This document shows positions 9,337 to 17,542 of a stretch of DNA of 44,887 bases, piece after piece. A model generated the notes under the pieces. It saw only the letters and a list, made by a program, of their open reading frames with translations. It was not told the origin of the DNA and did no database searches. The translations under genes were made by a program, and so were the position numbers. How positions within the stretch are numbered: position 1 is the first letter of the stretch; each line of letters starts with the position of its first letter. This DNA is from Vulcanisaeta sp. AZ3 (GTDB lineage: Archaea > Thermoproteota > Thermoprotei > Thermoproteales > Thermocladiaceae), in the NCBI GenBank assembly GCA_000960865.2, contig JZWU02000012.1, positions 1 to 44,887 of the forward strand. Direction: 5' to 3'.

Positions 9337-9786
9337 ATGGATTGCCAGCAATTAATGAATAATGTAATACCTGTGATTCACAACCCAACTAGTGTGCAGA
9401 AACTACTTGATGCTGTTAAGGTATCACTGGGCTTTGGTGTTAAGACAATAGTTGTAACTAAGGCTGTGGGCACGGCTGCACAGCAGGGAATACCAGAGGC
9501 GTTTAGGCTTGTGCTTAAGTCAGGGGCTTCATTAATAGTCCTGCCTGACCTCAAGGATACTGTTGAGTTGTTGAGGCCTGAGGCTGTGTATTTCTTAGGT
9601 ACGAGGGGGGATTCTATGGGTGAGGTTGGGGGTAGGGTGTTATTTGTGGTTCATGCGTCTGATCAGCAGTTTATGCCTAGTGAGGTTAGTCTTGGTAGGT
9701 TGGTCAGGGTTTTGGGTAGGGATGTGGGTAGTACTGCATTGCTAACCCTAGCCCTTAATAGGGTGCTTGGTTCGTGTGTTGATTGA
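9337..9786 (+). CDS. DUF2122 'RecB-family nuclease'-annotated, SPOUT-like protein
   Basis: IHNPTSVQKLLD...VVTKAVGTAAQQGIPEAFRL...LPDLKD.VELL.P is typical of this archaeal family. Start is uncertain (9337 or 9355). Confidence 0.7.
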   Translation: MDCQQLMNNVIPVIHNPTSVQKLLDAVKVSLGFGVKTIVVTKAVGTAAQQGIPEAFRLVLKSGASLIVLPDLKDTVELLRPEAVYFLGTRGDSMGEVGGRVLFVVHASDQQFMPSEVSLGRLVRVLGRDVGSTALLTLALNRVLGSCVD

Positions 9787-9829
9787 GGTTATTACTTAAA
9801 AATCCCCGTAATTCCTTATCTCGGTCATA

Positions 9830-10225
9830 ATGTCCGCATTCATTGATGCATTGGCACTATTGATAGTACTTGTGATAATAGCCTTAATAACTGATGCAGC
9901 CATAATATACGTAACGAGGAGACTAGCCGCAAGAAATCCAAACCCAGTTAAGTTGCAGAGGTATGAGGCAGGTAATCCGCCTGTTGGTGAGGCTAGGTAC
10001 TTATTCCCAATACAGTATGTGGGCTACCTCCTACTGTTCCTTGGGGTGGAGCCTATCATTGTTATTTTGTTAATACTCTCATCGGCGGCAATCATTACTG
10101 TGCCAATAACCGTCATGCTCCTCCTACTAATCGTGATCCTAATACCAAATATATATGTAGGTTATAAATATGCATTGAAATTAGCATACCCCAAAGAACT
10201 TATAAGAAAAACGAGAGGTGAGTGA
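9830..10225 (+). CDS. nuoA: NADH-quinone oxidoreductase subunit A
   Basis: Three TM helices; K..RYEAG.PP.G loop; first gene of a nuo cluster. Confidence 0.88.
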   Translation: MSAFIDALALLIVLVIIALITDAAIIYVTRRLAARNPNPVKLQRYEAGNPPVGEARYLFPIQYVGYLLLFLGVEPIIVILLILSSAAIITVPITVMLLLLIVILIPNIYVGYKYALKLAYPKELIRKTRGE

Positions 10226-11385
10226 CCCAAATGTCATTGGATAAGTTAGTAGAGCCCTATAAGAAATGGGGCACTAAGTACTCCCTATGGCCAGTACACC
10301 TCGTCACGGCTTGTTGCGGAGTTGAGATGGCACATACTTGGAACCCAACCTACGATGCCGAGAGGCTAGGCTCACTGCCCTGGCATTCACCTAGGCAAAC
10401 CAACTTGATATTGGTTGAGGGTACCATAACGTTGAAGATGGCGAGGGTCCTTAAGTTCGTTTGGGAGCAAATGAGTGATCCGAAGTACATCATAGCCATG
10501 GGTTCATGTGCAGCTGAGGGTGGTATTTTCTGGAATAGTTATCACGCGGTTCCCGTTAGTAAGATTGTGCCGGTTGATGCTTATGCCATTGGTTGTCCAC
10601 CAACTCCTGAGGCTGTTATTCAGATGATTAGGACTGTGCAGAGGAAGATTGAGAGTGGGGAGGCTAGGTCTAACATAAAGCCTAAAACGATAGACCTACC
10701 CAAGGTACTTCCACCAGCACCAACGAAACAACCAGCGCCAAACCCACCACATAGAATAACGCCAAACCCACACGTACCAGTCTGCATGGAGAAGAAGGTT
10801 GAGTGGCCCTTTGGCTATGATCTCATTAATAATCAATTAATGCCCAACCTAAAGGAGTCGGCTAAGAAGATAATCGTGACTGATGTTAATAGGATATGCG
10901 TAGAAACAACGCCAGACAAAATAAAGGAGGCAGCCCAGGCACTTTATAAGTTGGGCTTCGATCATGTGAAGTCTGTAAACGCGGTAGACGTACCGCATGA
11001 GAAGAAAATCTACGTTGAGTATTGGGTATCAAGCTACAGCAAGAAGGAATTAATGCCAATCCTAATAGCCCTAACTACAGAAATACCCAGAGACAACCCA
11101 AGAATACCGAGCCTAATCGACGTATGGGCAAGCGCAGATTACCAAGAGAGGGAGATGTATGACTTCTTCGGCATTTGGTTTGAGGGAAACCCATGGATGG
11201 GGAAGAACTTCCTCCTAGACCCAGACACACCAGTTAAGTTCCCGCTTAGGAAGGATGTACCTATAGTCAGGGAATTCTACCTAGTCGATAGGGAGTTCCC
11301 AGGAGTACCCATGCCAGCACCCGTAAAACCCGCACAGCAAAAACCAGCTCAGGAAAAACTGGGACTCAGGGGTGATGGGGAATGA
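10222..11385 (+). CDS. nuoBC: NADH-quinone oxidoreductase subunit B/C fusion
   Basis: NuoB motifs TACCGVE, SPRQ, AMGSCA, GCPP; Pro-rich linker; NuoC motifs QEREMYDFFGIWFEG and FPLRKD. Confidence 0.92.
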   Translation: MTQMSLDKLVEPYKKWGTKYSLWPVHLVTACCGVEMAHTWNPTYDAERLGSLPWHSPRQTNLILVEGTITLKMARVLKFVWEQMSDPKYIIAMGSCAAEGGIFWNSYHAVPVSKIVPVDAYAIGCPPTPEAVIQMIRTVQRKIESGEARSNIKPKTIDLPKVLPPAPTKQPAPNPPHRITPNPHVPVCMEKKVEWPFGYDLINNQLMPNLKESAKKIIVTDVNRICVETTPDKIKEAAQALYKLGFDHVKSVNAVDVPHEKKIYVEYWVSSYSKKELMPILIALTTEIPRDNPRIPSLIDVWASADYQEREMYDFFGIWFEGNPWMGKNFLLDPDTPVKFPLRKDVPIVREFYLVDREFPGVPMPAPVKPAQQKPAQEKLGLRGDGE

Positions 11386-12650
11386 GCAATGAGAGGTATG
11401 CAGAATTACCAGTGAAGATGGAGGTACCTGAGGAGTTTGTTAGGAACTTCGTACCAATACCTAAGGAGTACGTTGAGGAGGCCTATAGGAGTGATGAATA
11501 CTTAGTCTTCATTGGTCCGCAACACCCAGGTTCTGGTCACATGAGGATAATACTTAGGTTGAAGGGTGATTACATAGTGGATGCAATACCAGACCCTGGC
11601 TACGTGCATAGGGGTGTTGAGAAATTAGCAGAGACGAGACTCTACATTCATATACTACCACTCATTGAGAGGCCTACGATACAGGACTCAGCAAACTTCG
11701 ACCTGGGTTATTCGAGGGCTGTGGAAAAATTAGCCGATTTAGATGTGCCGAAGAGGGCTCAGTACATTAGGGTCATACTTGCAGAGCTCAGTAGAATAGC
11801 AACTCACCTATACGATACTGCAATACTCGCAGTCTTCCTGGGCCACAGTACGGGTTATATGTGGGGCTTTGGGCTTAGGGATGTGATTAATGAGGCATTC
11901 GTTAGGATAACAGGCGCCAGGACCACTCTAAGCTATACAGTGCCTGGGGGTGTTAGGTGGGATGTCCATCCTGACGTGTTGAATTTCATTAATGAATTAA
12001 CGAATTACCTAGAGCGTAAGATGAATGATATGGAATCAATATTTGTTAAGAATCCCGTGACCATACATAGGCTTAAGGAGGTTGGTGTACTAACAAAGGA
12101 AGAAGCCATTAAGTACGGCTTGGTAGGCCCATTCTTAAGAGCATCTGGTGTTGAGTATGATGTGAGGAAGGTGGAGCCTTATGAGGTATATAATGAGTTT
12201 GATTGGGACATACCCGTGGCTGATGAGGGAGACTCCTACTCAAGGTTTTTGGTTAGGGTTGAGGAGATTAGGCAGAGTATAAAGATCATAAGGCAGGCTG
12301 TTAAGAACATACCTGACACACCAATACTCAGTGAGAAGATATTATCAAGAATACCACCCAAGGATAGACCACAGGCCTCCAAGGACATAAGGACATTCCT
12401 AACAAAAACCCATACAGGCTTAACGCCAGGTGCTGGGGAGGCAACAACACTCACAGAGGCCTCTAGGGGATTACTATTATTTACATTAATATCTGATGGG
12501 CATAGTAACGTGCCGTATAGGCTGAGGATGGTTACACCATCATGGTTATTACTGAGGGGCTTCATGGAATCACTAAAGGGGTATAGGCTTGCTGATGTGC
12601 CGGCGATATATGGATCCTTCGGGTACTTCCCGCCTGAGGCTGATCGTTAA
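11382..12650 (+). CDS. nuoD: NADH-quinone oxidoreductase subunit D
   Basis: GPQHPGSGH, GYVHRGVEK, ELSRIATHL, C-terminal EADR; no NiFe-binding CxxC pairs. Confidence 0.93.
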   Translation: MSNERYAELPVKMEVPEEFVRNFVPIPKEYVEEAYRSDEYLVFIGPQHPGSGHMRIILRLKGDYIVDAIPDPGYVHRGVEKLAETRLYIHILPLIERPTIQDSANFDLGYSRAVEKLADLDVPKRAQYIRVILAELSRIATHLYDTAILAVFLGHSTGYMWGFGLRDVINEAFVRITGARTTLSYTVPGGVRWDVHPDVLNFINELTNYLERKMNDMESIFVKNPVTIHRLKEVGVLTKEEAIKYGLVGPFLRASGVEYDVRKVEPYEVYNEFDWDIPVADEGDSYSRFLVRVEEIRQSIKIIRQAVKNIPDTPILSEKILSRIPPKDRPQASKDIRTFLTKTHTGLTPGAGEATTLTEASRGLLLFTLISDGHSNVPYRLRMVTPSWLLLRGFMESLKGYRLADVPAIYGSFGYFPPEADR

Positions 12651-12695
12651 TTAGGCGTTAATACTTTATATTTAATCTTGAATCTTATTATTGTG

Positions 12696-13892
12696 ATGCT
12701 ACCTGGTAATTATGAACCTGAAGATATTGAGTTTTGGCTTGAACCACCACTGCTATTATCAATACAGTCTGATGTCCATGAATTACTCAAGAAGGGCATT
12801 GATGCCAAAGCCATGGAGGTCGTTAGTGAATTAAGGAAGGCCCTCGAGAGTCGTAACTTAATAAAGACTATACCAACAACCTCCAAACCCATTAATGCTT
12901 ACGCCATAGACTCTAGCTACCCAACACCGCCCTTGGAGCTTGTGGGTGGTATTTTAACGGTATTGACCGTGGGTTATGTTGGTTATCTCAATGGCTCCTA
13001 TGATAAACTCGTCACTGGTGAGGTTGTCTTTGAGGATGTGGGTGAGTTTGAGCATGTAATTACGAGGAGAACTCAGGTTAGGGAGAGGGAGTTGGCGATT
13101 AAGCTCCTTAAGGAGAAGGCTGGGGGTAAGAAGGGCATTGATTTGGTAATACTTGATGGTGAAATACCAATACACCCATTACCCTATAATTTACCTGCCA
13201 GTGGTGGTGTGTTGGTTCACGTGGCCAAGGTCTTGAATAACCTATTAACGTTATCTGTAAAGACCTCCACACCAATTGTGGGGGTTGTTAAGAGGGTTAG
13301 GTCTAAGTTCCTCTCAATACTGCTTGGTAAGTGTTTGGAGGTTAATGATAAATTACTCGCCAGCCTAGTGCTCAATAATGGTGAGTACTTCGTACTAGGC
13401 AGTTACAGTGATATCCTACCTCAATGGGTGAGGATTAATTATGAGGATTGTGAATTAAAAAGAAATTGCGAAGGTAAGGATTGCGAAGGCATCAAGGCAT
13501 TAATGAGTAAGAGGCTTAGGGAGGGGTTGGAGAACCTCGATAGGGTCTTCAATGGTGTTGGTTATGAGGGTTTGAGGTGGCTTAAGGATGTGCAGGTTGT
13601 ATTTTATAGGCCTCGTAATGGGGCTCCTGCAGTTAAGCTTGAGGTTTTTAATCCAGGTGGTGTTCTTAGTATTGAGGATGTTGTGGCTTACCTAGAGTCT
13701 CAAACAACTGACACTGGTTATCCATTCCTCCTGGATAGGGTTGATGAGTATGTGAGGGTTGATGCAAGGATCCTGGACTACGTTAGGAACCTAATGATTA
13801 ATGGCTCAAAGGACCTAAACGCCGCATTAATGACAATGCTACAACTAACAAATCCCCAAAAGGCATACCTAGTCAAGAGGCTTGAGGCATAA
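12696..13892 (+). CDS. nurA: NurA-family nuclease
   Basis: AIDSS, E-helix (RERELA), VILDG, VGVVKR, GYPFLLDRVD. TTTATA at ~12665 supports a start at 12696. Confidence 0.82.
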   Translation: MLPGNYEPEDIEFWLEPPLLLSIQSDVHELLKKGIDAKAMEVVSELRKALESRNLIKTIPTTSKPINAYAIDSSYPTPPLELVGGILTVLTVGYVGYLNGSYDKLVTGEVVFEDVGEFEHVITRRTQVRERELAIKLLKEKAGGKKGIDLVILDGEIPIHPLPYNLPASGGVLVHVAKVLNNLLTLSVKTSTPIVGVVKRVRSKFLSILLGKCLEVNDKLLASLVLNNGEYFVLGSYSDILPQWVRINYEDCELKRNCEGKDCEGIKALMSKRLREGLENLDRVFNGVGYEGLRWLKDVQVVFYRPRNGAPAVKLEVFNPGGVLSIEDVVAYLESQTTDTGYPFLLDRVDEYVRVDARILDYVRNLMINGSKDLNAALMTMLQLTNPQKAYLVKRLEA

Positions 13893-13923
13893 CCTTAATA
13901 CCTAGATTATTTAGGGTAGGCCA

Positions 13924-14334
13924 ATGGAGTTAGGTCTTAGGTTTAGGGGCCTTATAATGAAGACTGTGATTTTCCTAAGCCTAGCCATCGCGGCGGTCTT
14001 TGGAATTAGGTTCACACCACCAACCTTTGCACCAATAATTATAATAGCCCTACTAATCTCAGTAATAATCCTCAATAGAGTGATTAATAAGAGGCTCGTT
14101 AGAACCTGGGGCAGGGAGGTACTTAGTGTTGACACTACTTATGTGATTTACGAGGGAGGAATATACGTGAGACCCGTAGATGCCTTTTACCCATGGAGTG
14201 AATTAAGGAGTGTAACTCGTGATCTACAGGGCATAACATTTTCGTTCATCGACGGCACAGAAATAACACTACCAAGCAACGTAGAGACAGCCCTAAGGAA
14301 TTGCGGATGTATTCACAATCTAGGTAATTATTAA
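13924..14334 (+). CDS. Hypothetical membrane protein (2 TM plus PH-like beta domain)
   Basis: Two hydrophobic helices followed by EGGIYV...YPWSEL, a pattern typical of bPH-like domains. Confidence 0.6.
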   Translation: MELGLRFRGLIMKTVIFLSLAIAAVFGIRFTPPTFAPIIIIALLISVIILNRVINKRLVRTWGREVLSVDTTYVIYEGGIYVRPVDAFYPWSELRSVTRDLQGITFSFIDGTEITLPSNVETALRNCGCIHNLGNY

Positions 14335-14371
14335 ATAATAGTTAATATTAGAGGGTTTTGGTGATCCTCAA

Positions 14372-15697
14372 TTGCGGAAGGTAATAATACTTGGTGCGGG
14401 CGGTCGTGACCTACACGTATTCAATACCTACTACCGTCACAACCCAGAATATAAAATCGTAGCAGTTGCCCAGGTACAAATACCAGGTATTGGTGCTAAG
14501 CGTTACGTAAAGGGTGCCGGCGAGCTTTACCAACCAGGCGGTATACCATTGGTTGGACTTAAGGATCTTGAGGATTTGGGTCGCTTAATTAAGGATTTAG
14601 GTGCGGATGAAGTTGTCCTAGCCTACAGTGACCTGCTCTATAATGATGTTGGTAGGATAATAAGCATAATCCTGGCAAACGGGGCAAGCTTCGAAATACT
14701 AGGCCCGAAGGACACAATGATTAAGTCCTCAAAGCCCATGATCGGCGTCGTAGCCACAAGGACAGGCGCAGGCAAGTCCACAGTATCCCACGAAGTAACA
14801 CTAGAACTAATCAAGAGAGGCCTCAAGGTCGCCTCAATAAGACACCCAATGATTTACCTACCCCCAGACGAAATGATGGTACAAATATTCAGGACAAAGG
14901 AGGACTTAATGAAGATAACCTTCGAGGAGAGGGAGGAGTATGAGCACTACATAGAGATGGGAGTACCCGTACTGGCGGGTGTTGATTATGAAATGATACT
15001 CAACGAAGCCGAAACAATGGCCGACGCATTACTATGGGACGGGGGAAACAACGACTTCCCATTCTACTACACTGACTACCTAATAACCGTAACAGACGCA
15101 AGAAGGCCTGGCCATGAGGTTGGGAGCTTCCCAGGTGAGGTTAACACGAGGCTGGCAGATGCAATAATAATAACTAAGGTGTCAGACTCAACCCCAGAAA
15201 ACGTAAGGACAATAATAAACAACATAAAGGCCGTAAATCAAAAAGCAGACATAGTACAGGCAGACCTAGAGGTCTACCTAGACAATCCAAACCAAGTCTC
15301 GGGGAAGAGGGTATTAATCATTGAGGACGCGCCAACCGTAACCCACGGCGGATTACCATACGCAGCAGGCTATATAGCGGCTAAGAAGTACAATGCAGAA
15401 ATCGTAGACCCCAAGCCATACTCCGTGGGAATAATAAAAGAAACATACAACAAGTACACACACATGGGCCCAGTACTACCAAGCCTAGGATACACACCAG
15501 AGCAGATTAGAGATCTCGAGGAGACGATTAGGAAGACGCCGGCCGATGTGGTAATAATGGGCACACCAGCCCACATAGAGGATGTGGTTAAGATAGATAA
15601 ACCCATAGTTAGGGCCAGGTGGAGACTAAAGGTGCTCGAGGGACCGTCAGTAAGTCAATTAATTGATAAGTTCCTCGAGCGTGTGAAACTCAAGTAA
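14372..15697 (+). CDS. COG2403 P-loop NTPase (arginine synthetase ArcE / cDPG-synthetase-like)
   Basis: GAGGRD.H.FN, AYSDL, ATRTGAGKS (P-loop), RHPM, EEREEYE, WDGGNND.PF, EDAPTVTHGG, LPSLGY. Confidence 0.85.
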   Translation: MRKVIILGAGGRDLHVFNTYYRHNPEYKIVAVAQVQIPGIGAKRYVKGAGELYQPGGIPLVGLKDLEDLGRLIKDLGADEVVLAYSDLLYNDVGRIISIILANGASFEILGPKDTMIKSSKPMIGVVATRTGAGKSTVSHEVTLELIKRGLKVASIRHPMIYLPPDEMMVQIFRTKEDLMKITFEEREEYEHYIEMGVPVLAGVDYEMILNEAETMADALLWDGGNNDFPFYYTDYLITVTDARRPGHEVGSFPGEVNTRLADAIIITKVSDSTPENVRTIINNIKAVNQKADIVQADLEVYLDNPNQVSGKRVLIIEDAPTVTHGGLPYAAGYIAAKKYNAEIVDPKPYSVGIIKETYNKYTHMGPVLPSLGYTPEQIRDLEETIRKTPADVVIMGTPAHIEDVVKIDKPIVRARWRLKVLEGPSVSQLIDKFLERVKLK

Positions 15698-15727
15698 TCA
15701 CTAAAAATAATCAAACCATTATTAAAA

Positions 15728-16426
15728 TTAGAAGTTGAGTGCTGCTTCATCCTTAATAAACATAGGCTCAAGCCCAGCCCTACCCCCTAGGTAATTCATG
15801 GCCAAATCCATCATGTACTTCACAGAATCCAGCAGCCTAAAGGATTCAACGCCAGGAACGCCGGCTGTCACGATTAATACATTCCTAGTGCTATCTCTAA
15901 TCTTCGTATCCTCTGAATCCCTGTAGGGATATATGTGGAGTATTAAGCCGTTCACCGCGGCAAGGACTATTTGGTTACTAGTTAATTTCCTCTTGGGCGA
16001 GCCTATTGGGTTGAATCCCTCACCATCCCTCGCATACCTAATCACTAAATCCCTACCGCCAAAACTATCAATATCATACAAACCAACGGGGACTAAGTAC
16101 TTAATACTAGCCACATTACCAATATCAACCATAGGATTAATCCTAGGCAAACCCTCACCCCTAACAACCCTCCTCAACAAAGCCTCCTGAGCAGGCCTCT
16201 GCTTAGTCGGGTCAATACCCAACTCATGCCAGTAGAAATCCCTATAAGCCCTAATCACGGGGTCGTCCTTAAGACTATCAAGTGTGAATCTAGACCTAAC
16301 CTCATTAATAACTCCATCAATAACATTACCAAGGCCCTCAGGGTATGAGGCATTATTAATGCCTAGAACGACACCAACACCAACAAACACCTTACCCCTC
16401 AATGAACCATCAATAACAAACCTCAT
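15728..16426 (-). CDS. Stand-alone B3/B4 domain protein (PheT-like tRNA trans-editing factor)
   Basis: IRAYRDFY..LGIDPTKQRPA.EALLRR...LPRINPMVD.GN..S...VPVGLYD; YRDSEDTKI. Confidence 0.88.
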   Translation of the reverse strand: MRFVIDGSLRGKVFVGVGVVLGINNASYPEGLGNVIDGVINEVRSRFTLDSLKDDPVIRAYRDFYWHELGIDPTKQRPAQEALLRRVVRGEGLPRINPMVDIGNVASIKYLVPVGLYDIDSFGGRDLVIRYARDGEGFNPIGSPKRKLTSNQIVLAAVNGLILHIYPYRDSEDTKIRDSTRNVLIVTAGVPGVESFRLLDSVKYMMDLAMNYLGGRAGLEPMFIKDEAALNF

Positions 16427-16502
16427 TGACAAATAAAGAAAACACAAAAATAAACATTACCCAACATGAAAAACCCTTAAATCACAAAACAATACAAACA
16501 AG

Positions 16503-16556
16503 TAGTGATGAAAGCTGGTATTACGGAACAATGAAGAACGACACCAAAACTGAACC
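16503..16556 (+). ncRNA. Box C/D guide sRNA (candidate 16S rRNA 530-region guide)
   Basis: C GTGATGA 16505-16511, guide AAGCTGGTATTA, D' CGGA 16524-16527, C' ATGAAGA 16531-16537, guide ACGACACCAAAA, D CTGA 16550-16553. Confidence 0.85.
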
Positions 16557-16683
16557 CAACACATAATCCTCAACTCATCACACCTACACCAACACATAAG
16601 TTAGAGAACTCATCAAATTAATAATACCAAGCAGATACAAAATAAAAGAACATAAACCCCAACACCATAAGGAGATTTAAAGC

Positions 16684-16737
16684 GAATGATGAGCACCTCG
16701 ACCCCTGAACAATGAGGACAGGTATTACAACTGACCC
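16684..16737 (+). ncRNA. Box C/D guide sRNA
   Basis: C ATGATGA 16686-16692, D' CTGA 16705-16708, C' ATGAGGA 16712-16718, D CTGA 16731-16734; two 12-nt guides. Confidence 0.88.
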
Positions 16738-16739
16738 TA

Positions 16740-16772
16740 CAAAATCCTGAAAAGTGATTTTCAGGGATTTTG
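16740..16772. repeat. Near-perfect inverted repeat / hairpin
   Basis: CAAAATCCTGAAAA-GTGA-TTTTCAGGGATTTTG (14 bp with one bulge) between the sRNA and the convergent csl4 stop. Confidence 0.7.
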
Positions 16773-16776
16773 AAGA

Positions 16777-17340
16777 TCAGACCCAATACTCCGCCAAACT
16801 CACCTTCCTCCTAACCACAGCACCACAATTTGGGCACCTCAATAGCTCATTACCCCTCCACTTCAACTCATGACCACACCTTGGGCATTTAGCATACACA
16901 ACACCGAACTGAGCCTCTCTAATTGATAATGTGTAGGGTGGTCCCCTCGATATTACACGTGCCCTCACTATATCCCCAATCCCAACTAAATCACTTGCAT
17001 TGCTTGGCTTCCCATTGAATAAATATGCTGGTGGTATTATTCCTGTCACATCATCCTTAAGTTGCACCTTCTCTCCAGACTTCTCACTGGCTATTATTTT
17101 CACAATAACTACCCTATCATTCGGCATCGATATGACTTTACCATAAACCACATCATTAATTCTCAATAAATTGCCATCTTTCAGCGGCCTCACAGTGATT
17201 ACATGCTCCTTATTATCCCTAACAACAACACCCATAACTTGAGCTATTAAGTTACCATCCCCATCAACCTCAACATTATCCCTAGGTATGTACTCCTCTG
17301 CCTTACCTATAACATCTCCTGGAGTAGCAACTTCGCTCAT
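16777..17340 (-). CDS. csl4: Exosome complex RNA-binding protein Csl4
   Basis: TPGDVIG..EEY N-terminus, S1 domain (GDIVRARVIS), GVVYAKCPRCG...CPNCG...RKVS zinc ribbon. Confidence 0.93.
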   Translation of the reverse strand: MSEVATPGDVIGKAEEYIPRDNVEVDGDGNLIAQVMGVVVRDNKEHVITVRPLKDGNLLRINDVVYGKVISMPNDRVVIVKIIASEKSGEKVQLKDDVTGIIPPAYLFNGKPSNASDLVGIGDIVRARVISRGPPYTLSIREAQFGVVYAKCPRCGHELKWRGNELLRCPNCGAVVRRKVSLAEYWV

Positions 17341-17502
17341 CGCTGCACCACCATGTGATTGCCTACTTATCTATCACTCTCAATACCTATGCCTTAATAA
17401 ATCATACGCATCATTACGGCTATTAACATTTTTAATATTAAATTGGGGACTAGAAGCAGATTCTCTTAGTTTTATTGCTTATGTCAAAATGGCTAGGTAA
17501 TA

Positions 17503-17510
17503 TTTATAAA
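17503..17510 (+). promoter_or_regulatory. TATA box of the MFS/isomerase operon
   Basis: TTTATAAA ~33 nt upstream of ATG 17543. Confidence 0.5.
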
Positions 17511-17542
17511 TGAGTATTATAAATTAATAGCTTTGAGCTGGT

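Noticed and set aside
11382-12650. Possible group 4 NiFe hydrogenase large subunit
   Set aside because: Both CxxC metal-binding motifs are absent.
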